Shown here: positions 52,291 to 64,000 of the stretch, one piece after another
Position numbering within the stretch: position 1 is the stretch's first letter
How the letters are laid out: each line of letters begins with the position of its first letter
DNA from: the human T2T-CHM13v2.0 reference genome, Homo sapiens
Length of the DNA stretch: 64,000 nucleotides
Assembly (NCBI RefSeq): GCF_009914755.1
Contig: NC_060947.1
Direction: 5' to 3' (one strand)
Program-made: the position numbers and the translations under genes
Notes under the pieces: model-generated
What the model was told of the DNA's origin: nothing
Database searches by the model: none
The model's input: the letters and a program-made list of their open reading frames with translations, nothing else

Positions 52291-55200
52291 TCCTTAATTT
52301 TAATTTCTTCTACCCTAAGCTTGAGCTAACTGGAATATAATTCCAATGTTCATATATTTCCCTGTACTTCATCTACACCACTTCCAGTGCATTCGTTTCC
52401 CTTTAAAAAAATAACTACGGTAATGGTATTGTTTATTCCCACTTCGTATTTTCAAATGTTCACCAAATCAAGTACAGTCATTGCATCCACATGGGTTATG
52501 AGTCATGTTTGTTTTGAGAATGAAAATACTTAAAGCTACCAATTCTGCCGGTCATGAGGGACAAGGCACTATAAGAAAGAATGTACTTTCACTTACGAAG
52601 TGCAAAAATGACATTCAAATGGAATGAAGGTGCGTTCTACATTCTAAAAAAGACCAAAGCCCCTACCCCCACCCCAATGAGCTGCATCTGAACAGAAATC
52701 CAAGTAGCTTTTATTAACTAAAGACATCCATTATGTACTATTTATTTTGAAACCTAGAAAATAATGCATGCTACTTTTGTATTCCTATTTATAATACAGT
52801 GTTTTATGAACAAAGTCAATACTTACGGAGTCAGTCTTTTGAATCTGGAATGAAAAAGAAATCCTAGTATTTTGAAAAGCCAAATGTTTTACTAACTGAT
52901 TCATTTCAATTGGGACACAAAAACAGAATTGCAAGCTCTGGTAGATTTCACCCATTTCCCATAGTAAAGGTGCACAGCAATGGCTCCAAAACCTTAGTAG
53001 TTTCATGACCTTGGGCTTTCTCAGCTTTGTTTTCTCAGCTATAAAATGTGAATAACCCTCCTCAGGGTTGTTGTGAGCATCTCATGAGATCATGGATGTG
53101 AAAGTACTCTGTAAACAATAATACACATGGTTTGAGGTAAATCTGGCCTCTCAGTAGGCCTCTAAAATTCAGCAAGTATAAGCGTTGTGTTTCATAGTTT
53201 TAATTACTTGGAAAAAAAAACTCCACCACACTAGGCAGATATAAAGTCCTTGTAAATTATGACCACAAAGTACTATGGATACGATGGTAGGAAACCTGGA
53301 TTCAATAGTCACTTTTAAGTCCAGTCCTGTGCTTTTGTACCTGTTAAACAACTATGACTGGGAGTCCTGCCAGGAAGAGCAAACTTTGGCCTTTATCCCA
53401 GACTGCTCCTTTGTCTCTGGGATAGTGTCATCTACTTTGTTCTAGTCTGGCAAGTAGATCCAATGTTGCATGGTGGTTAAGATCATGGGTTGTGGCATCA
53501 GATTGAATGAGTTTGCATCCTATAACCCTAAATTACTAACTGAGCAAGCTTAATAATGCTGCATAATTATCTCCCTGAGTCTCAGCATTCTCATTCGGAA
53601 AGTGGGCAAATCAGTACAAGTATTTACCTCACTTATAGGATTGTTATTAGGATTAAATAAATATATGAAATGTGTACAATGTCTAGCTCACAGCAAACTC
53701 CAGAAGGGCTAGCTATGATTGTCACACAGATGAGCTATACCCAAATTCTGTTTTTGTTTCAATTTTACTTTAATAGAATCAAGTTCCCACCGTGCTAAGT
53801 TAGCACTATGGAAATCCTTATCAGCTATTAGAACAAAAGCTAAGCTACCTCATCCGGCCAAGTCATCATGGATGTAACTAACCAGGCCTCTTCCTTGTTG
53901 AGCTGCAATGTGACACCATGAAAAGAGCACTGGACTTGAAGTCAAAAGACTTCAAGTTTTGGCCCTACCACTTACCAGCATTGTGACACAGATAAACTCC
54001 CGCTACTTCCCCACTAGAATGAAAGCTCCTAGAGGGGAGAGACAATATATAAATGTGTTCATCCAGCCCCAGCACAATGATTTGAAACTAGTAGGGGCTT
54101 GACAATGACTCATTAAATAAATTAAATAAATCAATATGTCTGAGTCCCAACTTATGCATTCAAGGGGATGATGATAGTTACCCTGCCTCCCTGTCAAGGT
54201 TATTTAAAGACTGAGCAGTGGCTCCTGTAGTAACCTCTCTTTTCCTTCCCTAGCATTTATCCCACTTAAATGTGACTGCCTTTTTATGTTGGCTTCCTCT
54301 GCCTAATAGAATGTCTCTCATGATTTCTCTCCTCCTTCTTCTCCCTTCTAGTTTAATACCTATTCATCCATCAGTTCTCAGCTCAAAAGGCCCTTTCTCT
54401 CCTCAGAGCTTCTCCTGCCGTTATAGTTTTTCCCATATCTCCTTCATGGAACTTGAATTATGTTACATTTGTATGGTTGTTTCATTCTTCCTACTAGACT
54501 ATAAAGACTGTCAGGGCAGGGCCCATGTCTACCTTGCTCACCACTCTATTTTTTGTGCCTTGGCCATTTGCTAATCTACATTTGTTAACCTTGGCCATTT
54601 GCTAACCTACATCAATAATAATACGCCATTGAGTTGTATCATTCCATTCCAATGCTCTTGGGAATATCACTTTGCAAGTCCTATTATTTATCAGGAAAAA
54701 TGCACTATAAAATATTCTCAGATACTGAAATTGAGAAGGCCAGAACTCCACCTCAGTCTTTGTGAGCACCCATCTGTTTCATTATGATCCCAAGAGACTA
54801 ACTTTCTTGTCTTTGGACTCTCACTATCTCTTCTACTTCTAGGATTTGAGCCCCCAGCCACCTATATCTATAGCTTAGCATGGAACCTGGCTTAGTGCTC
54901 TACTGTTGGGTCTTCTAAGACCCATGCTCACCAGGTCTTTATCTGTGATGGTGATTCTCAGGCTCCCTAAGGTTGGCAGCTGACATTTAGCACTCCTTTT
55001 GGCTTATCAAGGGTGGCGGGGAGGGGATGGAGGTGAGGAGAGAGAAGAGGTGTTGTCTTTGCTTGCTTCCCAAGTTACTGCCATTTTTCCTTCTTCTTCC
55101 TTCTACCTGCTCATAGGACCAAGAAAAAGAAAAAAAAAAAAATTCCACCTGCTACCATAAAAGTCATGAGTCAGCAGCACCCTTTAAAAGATCTTCCTGC

Positions 55201-56323
55201 TGAATCTCTACAACCTTCCTGCAATTCAGTATTATCATGCCTACGTTCCAAATGAAGAAACTCTATCGTCAACCATTCTGTTAGCAGCAATCTCATGAAT
55301 GCCATCATTCTTCTGATATCTTTGTCCACAAGAAGTCCTTAGTGCAATATAAATATGATGCATGACACTGTAATTATTTTTGCTGTCTTCCATGGGCATT
55401 AGAATCATTCATTCAACTAATATTTTTTGAGCACCAACCATGTCCATGTGCTCAGCACTGTCAGACACAGAGCCCCAGGAATAGGAGTGGGAACAGAAAG
55501 ACAGGCGAAAACAAATATCACAGTATCGTGAGTGCTCTAATGGTGGATACAAAGTATGTCTGTTGGTGCAGAAGAGAGCAGGATAATCCAGGGTTGGGGT
55601 GTAGGGGGAGAGAAAAGGCCTTCTTTGCTGAACTACAGAAGAGAATGGCCAAATCCAAATAGGCTAGTAACACAAAGCATTTCTTCCCTCTGCAAAATAT
55701 TTATGTAATCAACACATGTCTGTTGCATAACAACTCTATGCCAAGCACAGTGATGTGCACTAGAGATACAAAAGGAAATAAGGCAAACATGGTCCCCACC
55801 CTTAGATGGGAATTTGGACCAGATGTACTAAAAAGACCTCCCAGCAAGAATATTTGATTGTTTTTCCTTTCAAGCAAATAAAAATCCTTTGATTTGGTGT
55901 CACCATGGCAAACCCCAAGGGTAACAACAGGCAGTCTGTCCAAGATAAAAACATCTCCTTAGAATCTTAGAAAATGAAAACCCATCAAATCTCCCTGGTG
56001 TCTTAGAGAAGACAACACAGGTGGCTTTCACAACCCATCCCATAGCCTGGCTCTCTTGAAATGGCCCATAAAAGAAATGACAAATAACTCTAAGCAGCAG
56101 GCATGGAGAGAGCTCCATGAAAAATCATTCTCATTCATATGCCAGAGCAAAGAGTTATTACGGTGGCATCCTTGTTTAGAACTGTATATCAAGGCTAGAA
56201 CAGAGAAAAGTCTGCCATGAAAAGGAAGCAATAAGCACTACTGAGCCAGAAATCGGGCTTTCGGAGCTCAGAATGGAGAGAGAGGCTAGATGTTAGTGTA
56301 TATTGGAAACCCATTCATTTTAA

Positions 56324-56698
<375 letters not shown>

Positions 56699-57439
56699 TG
56701 ACATCATTCCATGACTTTTTCATTCTACAAATATTTTTGTAGTACCTGTTATGTGGCAAGTACAGTGCCGAGTTACATATAAGATAGTGATAGTGCTTCT
56801 CTTTCCTTGAGATATATGAATCATTGGTGTCATTATTAACACTAGCCCTCTCCATTTTGTACCAAGTTGCACACATTAACAGCAATGGCAACAGCAATGA
56901 TACCAATGACAAAAAAAAATAGGTCTTTCTCTTTGCCAGGTATTGAGTATTGTACATACATTAATTCACTTATTCCCCATAATAACCTTGTGAGGAAGGT
57001 ACTATTATTATTCTTATTTTACTGATAATTAAAGTACAGAGAGCTTAAGCCACTTGAAGAAGTTTTAGCATTCTTTTTGCTTACTCACTCAGTCTGGTGT
57101 TGAAATACACCATTTCAGGAATGCTTTCAGTACCCTTACCATGTGCCAAACTAAGATACACTATGCTAGCCTTTACTAAGGTTCAGCAGCCCCTCACTTA
57201 TTAACCAATCAATTGGGCTTTGGGATCAACTCACAAATACTGAGCATAAAACAAGTTCCTAGGTCCATTCTAAGGTCCTAAGGGGAGATCCTTCAATGGA
57301 TGTATGTTTCTGTGATTGGTATTATTGCTGTTGTCATTTCTGTTAATGTGTGCAACTTGATACAAAATGGAGAGGCATGTCTTAGCTGGAGCTGCTATAA
57401 TAAAATACCATAGACTGAGTGGCTTAAAAAAACATTTGT

Positions 57440-57776
<337 letters not shown>

Positions 57777-58034
57777 TCAGCATGTTCGGCTTCTGGTGAG
57801 GGCTCACTTCCTGGTTCAGATGGCCACCTTATTTCTGTATCCTCATGTTGTGAAGAGAGGAAGCTCTGGTTTCTCTTCTTATAAGAACACTAATCCCATC
57901 ACTGGGGCTCACCCCTCATGAACTCATCTAAGCCTAATTACCTCCCAAAGGCCCCACCTCCTAACACCTTCACGTTAGAGGTTAGGACCTCAATGCATGA
58001 AATGTATGAATTTGTCAGAAACACATTCAGTCCA

Positions 58035-58429
58035 TGTGATGGTTAATTCTGCGTGTCAACTTGATTGAATTGAAGGATACAAAGTATTGATCCTGGGTGT
58101 GTCTGTGAGGGTGTTGCCAAAAGAGATTAACATTTAAGTCAGTGGGCTGGGGAAGGCAGTTCCACCCTTAATCTGGTATGCACAATCTAATCAGCTGCCA
58201 GCGAATATAAAGCAGGCAGAAAAACATGAAAAGGAGAGACAGGCCTAGCTTCCCTCTTTCTTCCGTGCTGGATGCTTCCTGCCCCCAAACATCTAACTCG
58301 AAGTTCTTCAGTTTTGGGACTCGGACTGACTCTCCTTGCTCCCCAGCTTGCAGATGGCCTATTGTGAGATCTTGTGATCGTGTAAGTTAATACTTAAACT
58401 CCAATCTCTGTCTCTCTCTCTATATATAC

Positions 58430-58467
<38 letters not shown>

Positions 58468-58513
58468 TATCTCCTACTAGTTCTGTCCCTCTAAGAGAAC
58501 CCTGACTAATACA
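58035..58513 (+). mobile_element. MLT2A (HERV-L) solo LTR with an internal (CT)(TA)(TG) microsatellite
   Basis: tgtgatggttaat...gtcaacttgattgaattgaaggatacaaagtattgatcctgggtgtgtctgtgagggtg...gagaaccctgactaataca; 5-bp TSD gtcca/gtcta. Confidence 0.92.
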
Positions 58514-60394
58514 GTCTATAACAGGGAAATAAGAGTTGATGTCCAAGTCTTATCTTCCCATCTAGAGTGCAAGCACTTTTAGGGCAGAGATTATTACCCA
58601 AATATGTGGTAGTTATACAGTGCTGAATTCATACAATAACTGAGTTTAAACCTCAGTTTCACCACCTACAAACCATGTGTCCTTGGGAAAGTTACTCAAC
58701 CCCTCTGAACCTTATAAAATGGGCAAATGGATAACACTGAATGGTAGGGATTAAGTTGTGTTATTGATGTAAAATATTAAGTACAGTGTCTGACACAAAG
58801 CAAACAATTCATACTAGCAATACATATATGTATATCACAAGAAGCAGAGAAAGATTAAGTAGGGAATTAGTGGTACAGAGGGTAAAGTGCTACAGAAGGT
58901 CAGCAGAGACAAGTAATATACAGACAAGATCTGTATAAACTGTGTCAATGAAGGTTTTTTGCAGGAGGTAAGGGCTAAAGGATTCTTAACAATAAGTGAA
59001 GCAGAGGAGGCAGAGTGTTTCAGATGGGGAAACAACTTGAGCTAATATAGAGGTCTGGGAGTGGGAATGAGTAGAAGCCTCCAAAGGAGTGACCAGGGAT
59101 CAGGCTGCCAAGAATAGCTGGTGCTTAGTGGGGAGCCTCTAGTTATAAGTTTGGCTGATTTAGATGAGCCCTCGAATGCCAGGAAGAGGAGATGGGGGCT
59201 CATATATAGTGGGTTCTAGAGAACCTAGTTGAGAATTCAAGGGGAGCATATATGGGTGGTAGACATACTTAGCTACATGAATGTTTGTCTCCTCTAAGGT
59301 TTAAAGTGCCCTAAGAATGCACCCATCCAATATTTAGTGACTACCCACCAAGACCCAGGAATACATAGATACAAGTGGGGAGGAAGCAAAGGGGGGTGGG
59401 CAGAAAGGGAGGGAGGGAGGGAGAGAGAGGAAGATGAAGGTGATGTTGTAAGAAGCTACAAAGCAGACTACAAAAGGTAGCTACCGAGGCAGCTCAAAAA
59501 ATCCATGCAACATTTGAAGCACAGGGATTAGAAGAGAAAGGGGACAATTAAGAGACTCCCAGGGATATGAGAAGGACCTCGGAGGTAACTGAGAAGGCTG
59601 AAAAGGTCAGATGGTATGAGTGACTGGCTTTCCCTGGTGACATCTATCTTCCCTTCACCCTGTACCCACACCCAGATCCTTTGCTTTTTGAGATATCCTT
59701 CTCACTCCATTTTGGCCATTTGCCTCATAGCAAATTGATACACGAGGCTTGTCCTTGCGCTTATAATTTTTCCACCTTATGTTGAAGTGGTGCCTCGGAG
59801 ATTACAAGGTGCCCTCACGTTTATTTATTATCTATCAAAATCCTCACAGCTCTCTTGTCAGGTGGGCTCGGAAGGGATTACCACCCCCATTTTAAAGATA
59901 GGGAAGCTGATGCCTAGAGAGATGAAATGACTTGCCCAAGAGTCACCTAATAAATGACAAGTCAGGTATGACCACTCAGATGCTTCCTTCACCCTGCTAT
60001 GCTGCCTCCTGCAAGGAGTTGAGCTTTTTGTCCGAGAATGATTTCATGTCATCAATCACTTAAGGGTAAGGAAAAAAAAACAGGTATTAGAGAAAAGCTT
60101 CACCTGAAGCCTATATTGGTAACACTTCACTAGGTGGATAACGTGAAATAAGTCTGAATTACTTGTGCAACCTGTAAGGTGAGCCACCTTGTATAGTGCC
60201 CAGCATAGACACCCACATATTGCTCAAAAATAGGAGCTATTATGGGTAAACAGACTCACAATTGTAATGCTGACTCCAGCCTGTCCACAAAATGCTCCTC
60301 AATGCACTAATCAGAGTCATGATCTGAATGAGCCAAGCAGAGAGCTCATATTTTTCTATTCATGATGTTTACATTCATTATTATTGGTATAATA

Positions 60395-60645
60395 CAGGTC
60401 TACCATACCTTACGAGGTTATTAGTAATTCCAAACTCCAAAAAGTTCTACATAGAAAAGACATATTTCTGTGGTATTATATGAGCCGAATGGACTTATTG
60501 GGCAGCAAAATTTTATCTGAACTGCCAGGAGGAAACTTACTGTCTTTATTAATCCAACTTTTTTACCATTCTAATACACAAAAGTGTTCTCTATTTCAAA
60601 ATGCCCCGGGTCTCGGGGGATTCGGAGGAAAGACTAAAGGACCTG
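60395..60645. mobile_element. Possible TcMar-Tigger-like MITE
   Basis: ta|caggtc ... gacctg|ta inverted ends with TA flanks. Confidence 0.4.
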
Positions 60646-60661
60646 TAGTATCTTCTCTTTC

Positions 60662-61465
<804 letters not shown>

Positions 61466-61566
61466 AGTATAAACATGCTACACATCCATACTGGGAATGT
61501 GAAACACCTGATTTGGCTCTGTAAATATACCTGATACTTTTCTTGGGCTCCCTTACTTGACAACCT

Positions 61567-62765
61567 ATTTTTTCCAGCTTTATTGATGTATACTTGACAA
61601 ATGAAACAGGATATATTCAAGGTGTACAACTTGATGATGTGATATATGTATACATGGTGTAATTATTACACCAATCAAATCAGCACATCCATCACCATCC
61701 ACAGTTACCATGTATGTGTGTGTTGGGAGGAAGGGTGAGGACACTTTTATCTGATGGGTTAATATCTAAAATGTATAGGGAATTCATACAAACAAAAAAG
61801 GAAACCCCAAATCATCTAATTAAAAAATGGGCAAAGGATTCAAATAGACATTTTCCCAAAGGAGACATAAAATTGGCCAATAAGTATATGAAAAGGTATT
61901 CAACAAATCAAAACCATAATGAGGTAATCACCTCACATCTGTTAGGATGGTCATTATCACATAGATAAGAGATTTGTACAGTGTTAGTGGGAATGTACAT
62001 TGGTACAGCCATAATGAAAAATAGTATGGAGGTACCTGAGAAACTAAAAATAGTACTACCATATGATCCAGCAATTTCACACGGGTATATATCCAAAGGA
62101 AATAAAATTAGTATGTTGAAAAGATATCTTCAGTCCCAAGTTCATTGCAGTTTTATTCACAATAGGCAAGATAAGGAGTCAATGAATGTCCATCAATGGA
62201 TGAATAGATGAAGAAAATGTGACATATATACACAGTGGAATACTATTCAGCCACAAAATATAAGGAAATTTTATCACATGCTACAACATTCATGAACCTG
62301 AAAAACTTAGGCTAAGTGAAATAAGCCAGGCACACAAGGTCAAATACTGCATGATATCACATACATGTGAAATTTTAAAATGTTGAACTCATAGAAATAG
62401 AGAGAAGAATTATCAGAGGTTGGGGATGGAAGAAGGTCTTGAACTCCTGGGCTCAAAGGGTACAAAGATTAAAGGGTACAGCATTTCAATTAGGAGGAAT
62501 ACATTTGTGAGATTTATTGCACAGCATGCTGACTATAATAATAATGTAGTGTACTTTTCACAATTGCTAATAGTAAATTTCAAATATTCTCACTATAAAA
62601 ATGGTAAGTATATGAGATGATGGATATGTTAATTAGCTTGATTAATCATTCCACAATTTGTGTGTGTGTGTATATATATTTTTATTTATATCTCAAAACG
62701 TCACATTGTACCCCATAAATATGTACCAATACTACTTGTCAATTTAAAATAAAAGTTAAAAAATA
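61567..62765. mobile_element. Two L1MA-type pieces back to back: minus-strand 3' tip (61567-~61745) and plus-strand 3' ~1 kb (~61746-62765)
   Basis: ttttccagctttattgatgtatacttgacaaat; ORF2 remnant LPYDPAI; 3' end gatggatatgttaattagcttgatt...gtcaatttaaaataaaa. Confidence 0.85.
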
Positions 62766-63334
62766 TACTTGAGATAAATACTATGATAGGGGAATTAAAT
62801 ATCAATAGCTCAGTACACAATAATGAGTCATAAATCATTTTCACCTATACTTTTCTTTCACCAACCAGTCTCTATTCTAGCCTCTCACTTTCCTAATCCA
62901 TCCTGCACATGGCCGCCAAATTAATCTTCATAAAACATTGATTTCATCATCTAAGTCTCCTCTCTAACCATTCAATGGCTCCCGACTTCTTATAAGATAT
63001 ATCCAAACTCCTCACCCTATCCTTCATAAGACAGCATATGTACAAATAAACAGGCTTTGGAGTTAGGCAGACTTGAGCTTGAATCTTGGCTGTGCTTTTA
63101 GCTATGTTAACTTAAGCAGGATGTCTAACTTCTCTAAACATCAGTGTCCTTGTTTGTTAAATGGGAAAATAATTGCCCTTCGACATCTGACACTTTTACA
63201 TGCCATTCCTCCTTCCTGGAATGCCTCCCTCAACCTTACCTGTGCCACTCTGTCTGAATGTGCCCTACCTATCCCTCAGGACACCACTGCAGTAGCTATG
63301 GCATATTTGACAGAAAAGTAATGAGATCACGTAG

Positions 63335-63838
<504 letters not shown>

Positions 63839-64000
63839 TAAGTGAATATGGATCTCAGTCTTGGAATGGTTCACATTCTGTTGATCACTAACTGCTATGA
63901 ACAATTATGTGAGCAAGTTCTAAGGCCACATGACATCAGGTAGAGTTGTTGAGAATCTAGAAGAAAAACCTACCAGTGAAGCATCAGGGAAGCAGAGCCA

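Noticed and set aside
54558-54612. Short tandem duplications (also 7386-7412, 14958-14992 and 29490-29530)
   Set aside because: Two-copy slippage duplications with no other structure.

Overview
This is primate, most likely human, intronic DNA. It is not prokaryotic: there are no operons, rRNA/tRNA genes or CRISPR arrays. The only host coding sequence I recognise is a 168-nt minus-strand exon (23942-24109) encoding VLDDAPPGTQEYIMLRQDSIQSAELKKKESPFRAKCHEIFCCPLKQVHHKENTEPE. This is the 'Y' N-terminal exon of FGF13/FHF2 on the X chromosome, so the window most likely lies in the very long 5' introns of FGF13, transcribed right to left. The rest is a dense retroelement and DNA-transposon landscape: L1s (two with twin-priming inversions), Alus, MaLR/ERVL LTRs, MER20/MER5, L2/MIR and microsatellites, several of them nested with readable target-site duplications (TSDs). 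All other long ORFs are L1/Alu-derived or chance. I do not see a new multi-gene system. The most interesting signals form a possible RNA-processing module around exon Y: (1) a 74-nt candidate exon (31007-31080) that would end the V-exon reading frame on its last three bases, (2) a textbook recursive-splice-site motif at 28943/28944, (3) weak splice sites plus CU/UG-rich elements at exon Y, with a read-through ORF ending in a hydrophobic tail, and (4) long inverted repeats able to form pre-mRNA duplexes. Repeat subfamily names are by-eye calls and need RepeatMasker confirmation.
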